Below are positions 42,961-50,323 of a DNA stretch of 50,323 bases, piece by piece. This stretch comes from a virus (taxonomy: Duplodnaviria; Caudoviricetes), in the IMG/VR virus record IMGVR_UViG_3300036825_000149, positions 1-50,323 of that record; one strand, given 5' to 3'. Position 1 is the first letter of the stretch; every line of letters begins with the position of its first letter. A program made the translations under genes and the position numbers. The notes under the pieces are model-generated. The model was not told where the DNA came from, did not search any database, and worked only from the letters and a program-made list of their open reading frames with translations.

Positions 42961-45334
42961 CCAGAAAATTTTCATCGCAGGGTATTTCCCCGATGAAGAA
43001 TCAGAAAAGGCAGGTATTAAGCGTGTCGCTACCGCCTTCAATGCAAAGGATATTGAACGCGCTAAAGCGAAAGCGAACTTTATCTTCCTGGAAGAGTATG
43101 AACATGCTCAGGATGCAGCATTTAAAATCCTTGTATGTGAAGACACTCCAGATGTTGCTGGTCGCCCTTCTCGCGGAACATGGAACGAAGAATTCCTTTA
43201 CGAATATGACTGGCCTGAAGACGTCGGCCACCCTGTGAAACGACAGGCTGAAAAGGTCAATTTCGACAAGCTCTCCACCGTTACCAAAATTGCCGTTCTG
43301 GTGAAGTACGACTCTACCGAGATCACTAAAGCGGATCTCCCTGCCGCGCTGGAACTTACCCAGGACGAGGCGAACACTTTCGAAGGTCATGTTGTTGAGG
43401 CTATCAGCAAGATGCCGGAAATCGCCAATATGTACCCCGAGCGCATTCAGCACGTCATCGGCTGGGTCGGTGCCAAGTGCGATCACTCTGCGAAATGGCC
43501 TGAGATCCAGAAAGAAATTGCAGCCTGGCAAAAAAGGCAGGATGGAGAGCGCAAACAAACCTGTTCGTCAAAATCGGTGGTGGATATCGCTCGCGAGAAA
43601 GCCGCGGCTGAAAAAATCCGTGTGAAAAATCCGGCTCCTGTTCACCTTCAGGATGAAGAGTCCTTAAAGCGGAATATTGCCCTGGGCCTGGTTGCTAAGG
43701 CGATGGATTTCGACATCCTCAATCCTCCGGCTAGCATCGTTAATCTTGCCCGCGACATCATCAAGCTGAAAGAGAAACCCTTCCCTGCATGGTTTGCAGC
43801 AATGAGCGCTACGTTCGGCATATACGAATACTCCACCGTCCAGATCATCTACAGCGTGAAAATCTCGCCTGAAGATATCGACAAGACTGCCGGCTCTATT
43901 CAGGCACACATTAACCGCACGTTTACCGAAACTGACCACGCCAACCCGTCCGCTGAAATGCTGGCCATCGCCTGTGGCACAACGAAAACTGAAGAGGGAA
44001 AAAACAATGAGACCGAACAGAACCAAACGGGCACAGCTGGCCCACTGGACTATGCAGCGTCAACGGCTGGCGCAGTGGAACCGGAACACGATGCAGACGG
44101 GCCAGCAGCGGGGCCGCTGGAAACTGCGCCACAGGTAGAGCGTACGGGCCCGTTCTATTACCTCTTTACTGATGGTGTGAAAGTAGGACGCGCTAACAAG
44201 CTTCCAGGCCTCGAAAAAGCGCTGGCTGATGGTGGAAAGGAAATTAGCCAGGACGAGTATTTAGCGCGTAAGAATGGCACATACGAAGCCCCTGCCGCCC
44301 CTGCTGATAACTCAGGAGCAGGTAATGAACCTGAAATTACCAATCACGGCGCGGGTCGATTCTCAATTGATGGGCTCATGTCTGAACAGCAGCCTTCAGG
44401 AACCTCTCAGGAAAATCTCCCAGAGACTCCTGTATCAGAGACAGCTGGATCTAAAGCACCAGCAGCACCAGTGGAAAGGAACGAAAAGCCCGAATTCACC
44501 CTTCGTGCCGACGAGCTGGAGAAAGAGCTGGGTGATAGTGACAATATCTCTCTCTGGAAAGGAGTGATGCGCACTAACCCACGTTACACCAAAGATATGG
44601 GTGATCTTGGCTTCGGTGGTACAGCGATTAACGCTGAGTACATGATCATGAGGGCTACTGAGAAATTCGGCCCTGTTGGGATCGGCTGGGGTTGGCAAAT
44701 TCTTGAAGACAAGATGATCGAAGGCGCTCCGCTCACAGAAAAAATCTATGAGGGAACAAAATTCGTCGGTAAGCGCATCCTGCGTGATGCAGATGGCTCC
44801 TTGATGTTCGAACTGAATCACTACATCAGAATTGGTCTTTGGTACTTCAAAGACGGTAAAAAAGGGATTGTAGAAAACTTTGGCTCCACACCCTATCGCC
44901 AGACAACAAAGAACGGGATCTTTTGCGATAGCGAAGTTCATAAAAAATCGCTCACTGATGCCATCAAAAAATGTCTCTCCGGTTTAGGTTTCTGTGCTGA
45001 CGTATGGCTCGGGCTTTATGACGATGCGGCCTATAAAGCGGAAAGTGTCATTGAGTTTGGCCTTAAAGACGCGACCGAGAAAGCGGAGGACTCAACCCGC
45101 ATCCGTGAAGAACTGGACGAACGCTTCAAACAAAATGTCGAAACTATGCGTAACGCTGTTTCACAAAATGAAGTATCAAAAATTGCGAGCAGTCTGACGC
45201 GAGCTGTCAGCATTCACTTAAAAGCCGCCAAAGATATTAACGATAAAGAATACGTCAAATATCTGGAGGGCCGTTTACGCCGCCTTGAAGATATTAAAGG
45301 CGAGTGTCTTTCTAAGCTGGAGGAAAAAGCATGA
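42953..45334 (+). CDS. RecE (ExoVIII) N-terminal-like region fused to a Rad52/Sak-like ssDNA-annealing domain
   Basis: N-terminal part resembles the RecE N-region (AMDFDI...TETDHANP); C-terminal TAINAEYMIMRATEKFGPVGIGWG...KKSLTDAIKKCLSGLGFCADVWLG resembles the Rad52 family. Confidence 0.72.
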   Translation: MTDQKIFIAGYFPDEESEKAGIKRVATAFNAKDIERAKAKANFIFLEEYEHAQDAAFKILVCEDTPDVAGRPSRGTWNEEFLYEYDWPEDVGHPVKRQAEKVNFDKLSTVTKIAVLVKYDSTEITKADLPAALELTQDEANTFEGHVVEAISKMPEIANMYPERIQHVIGWVGAKCDHSAKWPEIQKEIAAWQKRQDGERKQTCSSKSVVDIAREKAAAEKIRVKNPAPVHLQDEESLKRNIALGLVAKAMDFDILNPPASIVNLARDIIKLKEKPFPAWFAAMSATFGIYEYSTVQIIYSVKISPEDIDKTAGSIQAHINRTFTETDHANPSAEMLAIACGTTKTEEGKNNETEQNQTGTAGPLDYAASTAGAVEPEHDADGPAAGPLETAPQVERTGPFYYLFTDGVKVGRANKLPGLEKALADGGKEISQDEYLARKNGTYEAPAAPADNSGAGNEPEITNHGAGRFSIDGLMSEQQPSGTSQENLPETPVSETAGSKAPAAPVERNEKPEFTLRADELEKELGDSDNISLWKGVMRTNPRYTKDMGDLGFGGTAINAEYMIMRATEKFGPVGIGWGWQILEDKMIEGAPLTEKIYEGTKFVGKRILRDADGSLMFELNHYIRIGLWYFKDGKKGIVENFGSTPYRQTTKNGIFCDSEVHKKSLTDAIKKCLSGLGFCADVWLGLYDDAAYKAESVIEFGLKDATEKAEDSTRIREELDERFKQNVETMRNAVSQNEVSKIASSLTRAVSIHLKAAKDINDKEYVKYLEGRLRRLEDIKGECLSKLEEKA

Positions 45335-45891
45335 GCAACCGCACCATTGATTTAGCTAACGAAATTAGCAAAGTTCTTGCTCTCGGCGAAAGCGGCGATA
45401 TTGATGCGCAGACCCTTGCTGATACCCTTGAAGGTATCGAAGGCATGATTGAAGACAAATTCGATGCCACGATGTCAGTTATTAAAGATTTTGAAGCTAA
45501 ACAGGAAGCCTGTAAGAAGGAAGCAACCCGTTTAACCGAAAGAGCAAAACACTGGCAGCGTCAGGCCGGAAGTCTTCGCCAGTATTTACTTGAATGCTTA
45601 CAAGCCTCTGGACGTAAGCAATTTAAATCTACGCTTCACACCTATTCAGTCAAGAAAGGCTCAGTATCTTTAAAAATTGTCGATGAAGATGCAATCCCTG
45701 ATGAATTCGTTGAATCGCGCACACAAGTAATTAATGAAATTCAGAAGGATAAAATTAAACAAATCCTGACAGACGCGCTAAAAGCTATTGAAGATTTACG
45801 CGAGAAAGGTGAACAGGTGCCGGAGGAACTTTTAAACAAAGTACCTGGTGCCCTGGTTGAGCGTGGACCTGAAACTCTTTCGGTTCGATGA
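45331..45891 (+). CDS. Siphovirus Gp157 / Gam-like protein
   Basis: DTLEGIEG..EDK, coiled coil, IPDEF, VPGA.V...TLSVR; next to the annealase. Confidence 0.85.
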   Translation: MSNRTIDLANEISKVLALGESGDIDAQTLADTLEGIEGMIEDKFDATMSVIKDFEAKQEACKKEATRLTERAKHWQRQAGSLRQYLLECLQASGRKQFKSTLHTYSVKKGSVSLKIVDEDAIPDEFVESRTQVINEIQKDKIKQILTDALKAIEDLREKGEQVPEELLNKVPGALVERGPETLSVR

Positions 45892-46094
45892 AACAAAGGG
45901 CCGCTATGCGGCCTGTTTCGGGGGCTTATATGTTCGTATTCAGAAACGAAATCATCGAAGAGAAAAATGACGATTTACGATATCCACGCACGCAGTCTTT
46001 GAATTCTGCACCTGACTATACAAAGAAAATAGTCGCTGAGTTATCTAATCGTCGAAACCTGAGAAAGAAAAATGTTCAAGATAATTCGCGGTAA
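45888..46094 (+). CDS. Hypothetical protein
   Basis: ATGA overlap with gp157 stop; no motif. Confidence 0.45.
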   Translation: MKQRAAMRPVSGAYMFVFRNEIIEEKNDDLRYPRTQSLNSAPDYTKKIVAELSNRRNLRKKNVQDNSR

Positions 46095-46207
46095 ATCTGT
46101 TTTTAAGGTTCGCCCTCTCCTGTTTAGTAACAGTTTTAAATGGGCTGACGTAAAAGTTATTGATTCACAACAAGGCAAATATTACGGGCGCGAGACAGGG
46201 AAACATT

Positions 46208-46480
46208 ATGGGTGATATGGGTGATTATTTCCGCGACATCGCCCCCTATCTCAAAGAAGGCAGAAAAAAAGCCCGTAATGGAGCGCATCAAAGAATTAAG
46301 GATTTCTTCGTGCGTAATGGCGTTGTTTTTGAAGAGGGCAATAACACCCTGCTCTTCAGAACTCCGGCAGGAACAGTCTGCTATTACACGCCAAGCCAGA
46401 AGATGCAGCATAAAAATCAGTGGACACAGTGCAGCCCTACCAGATGCATGAATCACGTGAAAAAGCTTAGAGGTAATTAA
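46208..46480 (+). CDS. Hypothetical early protein
   Basis: MGDMGDYFRD start; abuts next gene. Confidence 0.7.
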   Translation: MGDMGDYFRDIAPYLKEGRKKARNGAHQRIKDFFVRNGVVFEEGNNTLLFRTPAGTVCYYTPSQKMQHKNQWTQCSPTRCMNHVKKLRGN

Positions 46481-46481
46481 G

Positions 46482-47309
46482 ATGGCTAACTCATTCAAGC
46501 AAATGTTTAAAGACGGCGTAATAAAGCGTCCAGATGGTCGAATGTTAATTCGTCTGGATGACATTCATATCATCGAGGGATTTAACCCACGTGATTACAA
46601 CTCGGAAAAGTGCAAAGAAGCTGATGAAAGTCTTTTCCAGCATCTGATGGCTGGCGGCTCTGTTCCCCCACTTGAAGTTAAGGCGCTCGATAGCGGAGGC
46701 GTCTGGATTGTTGAGGGTCATCGACGTTACCGCATGTTTCTGCGTTGCCGTGAAGCAGGACAGCCTGTTGAGTGGATTAGCATCGTGCAGTTCAAGGGCA
46801 GCGATATCGATGCCCAGGCGCATGTGATCAAATCCTGCAACCAGCTTGCTCTTAGTCCTATGGAGAAAGCGCGAAACATAAAACGTATGGAGGCCTTCAA
46901 CCTCACCGCCAGCGAGATTGCTGTTTACGTTGGCCTTTCAGTTCCGACTGTCGAAAAACTAATGGCCCTGAATGATGCTGACCATGCAGTTCAAAAGAGC
47001 GTAGAGAATAACGAAGTATCACTCGAAGTTGCGCTGAGCCGAGTTGACGAGTTTGGAAGTCGCGCCGCAGAAGTTCTGGAAAATGATAAAGCGGTGGCCG
47101 CGGCTGCCGGCAAGAAGAAAGTCACCCGCAGCGTTATAGCCCCTGAAATCAGCGTGAAGAAAGCCCGTCGTCTGGTAGAGCTGATCACCCTTGCAGGAAT
47201 CAACGAGAGCGGTGCCATTACCCTTTCTGGCGAGTTATTGAATGAGGTCGTGGAAATCATTAACGAACAGCGCGATATCGAAGCACAGCGCAGCAGGGGC
47301 GCAGTATGA
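46482..47309 (+). CDS. ParB/Srx-like domain + HTH DNA-binding protein
   Basis: GFNPR, VPPLEV, IVEGHRRY, LSPMEKA...SEIA..VGLSVPTV. Confidence 0.82.
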   Translation: MANSFKQMFKDGVIKRPDGRMLIRLDDIHIIEGFNPRDYNSEKCKEADESLFQHLMAGGSVPPLEVKALDSGGVWIVEGHRRYRMFLRCREAGQPVEWISIVQFKGSDIDAQAHVIKSCNQLALSPMEKARNIKRMEAFNLTASEIAVYVGLSVPTVEKLMALNDADHAVQKSVENNEVSLEVALSRVDEFGSRAAEVLENDKAVAAAAGKKKVTRSVIAPEISVKKARRLVELITLAGINESGAITLSGELLNEVVEIINEQRDIEAQRSRGAV

Positions 47310-47593
47310 ACAAGGTAGAGAAAGAACGTTTAGTTAATTATCGTCGCTGGCTCTATCAGGCAGAACTGAGCGAAACAAAGCTGATCGCTTATAACTGCCC
47401 TAAATGCCTTGAGAAGTTACAAACCACTGAAGCGCCTGAAGGTGAAGTGTGGGACACGTTTTCCAACTGCCCTTTCTGCGGATCGTTACTTTTTAAGGTC
47501 ACGCAAGGGGCTACAGTAAAAATTGATTTAATTTTTAATATTGGTGGAAAAACTGATGACAAACAAAAAACAACAAAACCTTGCTCTGGATGA
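47306..47593 (+). CDS. Zn-ribbon hypothetical protein
   Basis: CPKC...CPFC; ATGA overlap. Confidence 0.7.
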   Translation: MNKVEKERLVNYRRWLYQAELSETKLIAYNCPKCLEKLQTTEAPEGEVWDTFSNCPFCGSLLFKVTQGATVKIDLIFNIGGKTDDKQKTTKPCSG

Positions 47594-47699
47594 TTTATAC
47601 AAACTTCGCGAAGCATATCGTCATTTCAGTTCGATGAATGCCTTCATGCGTGCAATTAACGAGCTTATAGAAATTCGTGAGGCAGAGAAAAAGGGTTAA
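47556..47699 (+). CDS. 47-aa hypothetical protein (not in ORF track)
   Basis: MTNKKQQNLALDDLYKLREAYRHFSSMNAFMRAINELIEIREAEKKG fills the gap exactly to the next gene. Confidence 0.55.
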   Translation: MTNKKQQNLALDDLYKLREAYRHFSSMNAFMRAINELIEIREAEKKG

Positions 47700-47702
47700 G
47701 CC

Positions 47703-48059
47703 ATGGGCATTCTCACTGAAAAATTCACCAAAGAGCAGCTAATAGCGCACATAACGCGCCACAGCGATGAGATTTCCAGGCTCATCAAGCAACAATCACA
47801 CCACGATAACGAATACAGAAAAAAGCTGTTAGCCGTTAATGAAATCGCACTAGCAGCACTGAATGCACCTGATTATATCCCGCCTCACGTCGAGGATGTC
47901 ATGGGGAATATGTGTGATGGAGGGTTCAACGCACAAGGTATTTGGGATTTATGTCGGGAAGCAATTATGCCCCCTGCTCCTTGCCCTCGTTGCGGAACGG
48001 TATCTGAAAGGCCAGACGGATTGCATTATTGCCATGCAGGTAATGAAAATGAAAATTAA
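47703..48059 (+). CDS. Ea-region (Eaa/Ead-like) hypothetical protein
   Basis: FTKEQLI...EIALAAL N-terminal pattern; CPRC...HYC. Confidence 0.65.
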   Translation: MGILTEKFTKEQLIAHITRHSDEISRLIKQQSHHDNEYRKKLLAVNEIALAALNAPDYIPPHVEDVMGNMCDGGFNAQGIWDLCREAIMPPAPCPRCGTVSERPDGLHYCHAGNENEN

Positions 48060-48294
48060 CAAGCTAAAAGACAGAGAAATACGCGCAAGGCGCAAAGGCG
48101 GCCATATCGTTCATGTGATGGCTCTAACCGAAGATGGTCATGCACCATCATCCGGCGCTCTTTGTGGGGATAAGCCCACCCAAGGTCGCTTTAGCAGCAT
48201 GAGCCGTGCTGGCTGGTATCAAATGAAAGATCACGTTGAAATCAATTGCCCTAAATGCCTAAAGATTTTGAATGAGCGGGAGCAGTCCAAATGA
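48049..48294 (+). CDS. Hypothetical Zn-binding protein
   Basis: H...ALCG...INCPKC; AGGT RBS before ATG 48049. Confidence 0.65.
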   Translation: MKINKLKDREIRARRKGGHIVHVMALTEDGHAPSSGALCGDKPTQGRFSSMSRAGWYQMKDHVEINCPKCLKILNEREQSK

Positions 48295-48767
48295 CAATTA
48301 ACAAGATAACTGAGAACGGCCTAACTCAGCTATTAAACAGCGTATGCCTGGCTCGTGATAACGCAGAACGCGATGATAACCGCATTGATCACTCGTTCTA
48401 TCACTCCCTCTCTATGGCATTGACAGAGCTTCAGGAGTTCCGGGAAGCGGCCAGTAACCCTGTTGGTTGGACTGACGAGCAGGAGCTAGGGAGCGTTGAT
48501 AAAGACGGATGCGGATATCTCTTTAAAGCCAACCCTGTTTCTCCGCACGCAGACCCGCGTCGAGTCATTATGCTCTACACAGCCCCACCAGTTCAGATTG
48601 TGCATGGGCTATGTAAAGCAATTGAGGCTCTTTTAGATATGCAGGTTCGGATGGTTAAGCAAATCAATGTCGGCGCATCTTTCTTTGATGGTGAAACAAT
48701 ATCAGCTATGAACTATGCACCAATTCAGGCCAGGCAAGCGCTCGAATTAGCCAAGCAACGTAAGTGA
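48291..48767 (+). CDS. Eaa-like hypothetical protein
   Basis: ALTELQEFR, PVGWTDEQEL, LYTAPP patterns of Ea-region mosaic proteins. Confidence 0.7.
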   Translation: MTINKITENGLTQLLNSVCLARDNAERDDNRIDHSFYHSLSMALTELQEFREAASNPVGWTDEQELGSVDKDGCGYLFKANPVSPHADPRRVIMLYTAPPVQIVHGLCKAIEALLDMQVRMVKQINVGASFFDGETISAMNYAPIQARQALELAKQRK

Positions 48768-48830
48768 TTTTCGTAATTCAGTTTTGATACCCGACCAGCG
48801 ATACATTGCTGGTCGGTCATGGGGTGACTC

Positions 48831-49043
48831 ATGCCGCAGATCGTTTTTAATAAAGAATGGGTTGTTGAGGCCGAATTAACTGCGCTTACTGGACTTAACG
48901 AGCGTCAGATAAAAGCACTCCGTAGCGGACCGTGGCTGGAAGGTGTCCACTTCAAGCGACAGGCAATGAACGGCGGAGAAACTAAGCGCGGCTTGTTATG
49001 GTACAACTTCCCTCGCATAAATCAGTTAGTGCAGGAGATGTAA
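48831..49043 (+). CDS. xis: Excisionase
   Basis: EWVVE..L..LTGL...R...WLEGVHFK...WYN; TAATG coupling to int. Confidence 0.88.
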   Translation: MPQIVFNKEWVVEAELTALTGLNERQIKALRSGPWLEGVHFKRQAMNGGETKRGLLWYNFPRINQLVQEM

Positions 49044-50323
49044 TGACCTTCCCAACAGGTGTTGAAATTCACAATGGAAAGATCCGGTTAACTTTCACCT
49101 TTCGCGGCAAACGCTGCCGTGAAGTGCTGAAGGGCTGGATGGTCACTCCTGCAAATATCAAAAAAGCTGGAAACCTGCGCGCACTCATCGTAAGTGAAAT
49201 ACAGCTGGGTGAATTCGATTACGCTCGGCGCTTCCCTGAGTCGAAAAGCGTCAAGAAATTTACCTCTACGCGTGTTGCTTACACCTGGTACGAACTTACC
49301 GAACTCTGGCTGGATGCCAAGGAAGAGGATGTTTCAAGAAACACCATGACGCGAATTAAGGCGCAGCTCAGGACGATGAATAAGGTCATCGGAGGTAACA
49401 CACTAATTTCCGATATTACTCACAGCGACATGATGCAGTACAGAAAGGAGCTGTTGCGCGGAGAAAGCTTTTACTCTGAAGGTAATAAGCGAAAAAAAGC
49501 TGGCCGCAGTGTGAACACGGTTAACGACTATATTTCACTGACTTGTCAGATCCTGCGCTTTGCTCACCGCAGCCGGTTCATCAGCGATAAACCGTTTGAG
49601 CACATCACCAAACTGCACAAGGACAGAAAAAAACCTGATCCGCTGCAGCGCGATGAATACGCGGCCATGATGCTGGCTTTGTCGGGTCAGGACAGAAACA
49701 TGTGGCAGTTCGCCATCGGTGCCGGCCCCCGCCATGGTGAAATTGCTGCACTGGCGTGGGATGATGTTGATCTGGAGGCGGGAAAGGTGCATATCCAGCG
49801 CAACCTGACGGGCCAGGGTGATTTTGTTCCTCCCAAGACAAAGGCAGGAGATCGGATTATCACCCTCCTCGCCCCTGCGCTTGATGCGCTGCGGGCGCAG
49901 TTTGCTCTTACTGGTCATCTGCCGGAAACGGAGATCGTTCAGCACTTCAGGGAGTATGGTAAAACCGAAGTTCATAAGCAGCGTTTTGTTTTTCTTCCAC
50001 GTCTGGAGACTAAAAATCCTGGCAGGTACTTTTCCACGCAATCCATCACTGACCGCTGGGATGCTTCGGTGAAAAAGGCCGGTATCCGCCGACGTACGCC
50101 GTATCAGTCACGGCATACCTACGCGTGCTGGTCACTGGCGGCTGGCGCTAACCCTTCTTTCATCGCGAGCCAGCTCGGTCATGAAGATGCGGAGATGGTG
50201 TATCGGGTTTATTCAGCCTGGATTAAGGAGTTCGACGGTGAGCAGGTGGAGCTGTTGAACGAGCGTTTAGGCTTTGCCCCCAATGCGCCCCTGAAAACTA
50301 AAGTTTCAAAAATAAAGCAATAA
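49043..50323 (+). CDS. int: Tyrosine integrase with arm-binding N-terminal domain
   Basis: PTGVEIHNGKIR arm domain; GPRHGE, PKTKAG, YQSRHTYA, QLGH...VY catalytic motifs. Confidence 0.96.
   Translation: MTFPTGVEIHNGKIRLTFTFRGKRCREVLKGWMVTPANIKKAGNLRALIVSEIQLGEFDYARRFPESKSVKKFTSTRVAYTWYELTELWLDAKEEDVSRNTMTRIKAQLRTMNKVIGGNTLISDITHSDMMQYRKELLRGESFYSEGNKRKKAGRSVNTVNDYISLTCQILRFAHRSRFISDKPFEHITKLHKDRKKPDPLQRDEYAAMMLALSGQDRNMWQFAIGAGPRHGEIAALAWDDVDLEAGKVHIQRNLTGQGDFVPPKTKAGDRIITLLAPALDALRAQFALTGHLPETEIVQHFREYGKTEVHKQRFVFLPRLETKNPGRYFSTQSITDRWDASVKKAGIRRRTPYQSRHTYACWSLAAGANPSFIASQLGHEDAEMVYRVYSAWIKEFDGEQVELLNERLGFAPNAPLKTKVSKIKQ

Larger units (their letters stand above)
1..50323. mobile_element. Temperate siphovirus-type (lambdoid) prophage, apparently complete in gene content
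   Basis: Ordered modules: integrase/excisionase, recombination, repressor/Cro, replication, Q, holin/endolysin, terminase, portal, capsid, lambda-like tail genes. No host housekeeping genes. att ends not seen. Confidence 0.96.

Noticed and set aside
50265-50323. attR core near the integrase 3' end (TTTGCCCC...GCGCCCC)
   Set aside because: No matching direct repeat seen at the left end of the window; may be arm-type sites but cannot be supported.

Overview
The window is one essentially complete temperate siphovirus prophage (lambdoid, with a Rac/Qin/Gifsy-type immunity region) from an Enterobacterales host. It runs from a SRAP-KAP NTPase-umuDC accessory end (left) to xis-int (right); the att sites are not visible. 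The minus strand carries Cro, CII-like, replication (initiator with iterons, DnaC-like loader), Q, lysis, a ParB plus glycosyltransferase module, headful-type packaging and head genes, and a lambda-like non-contractile tail (G/T, H, M, L, K, I, J, side fibre). The plus strand carries a peptidase-less DicA-like repressor and the early-left operon (KilR-like, RecE-N/Rad52-like fusion, Gp157, ParB-like, xis, int). Most notable: (1) a ParB + GREB1/TAGT-like glycosyltransferase operon coupled to terS, with a structured leader and no partner base-hydroxylating enzyme; (2) an uncalled Ig-like domain reachable by a hairpin-stimulated -1 frameshift at the end of the major capsid gene; (3) a 446-aa early protein built on HAEAL repeats, followed by an uncalled UBA-like mini-protein; (4) AT-rich morons, including a KAP NTPase, a HEPN-like protein, DUF2971, a lipase lipoprotein and other lipoproteins; (5) a lysis cassette with no recognisable spanin pair. 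All family calls come from motif recognition and synteny, not from database searches.
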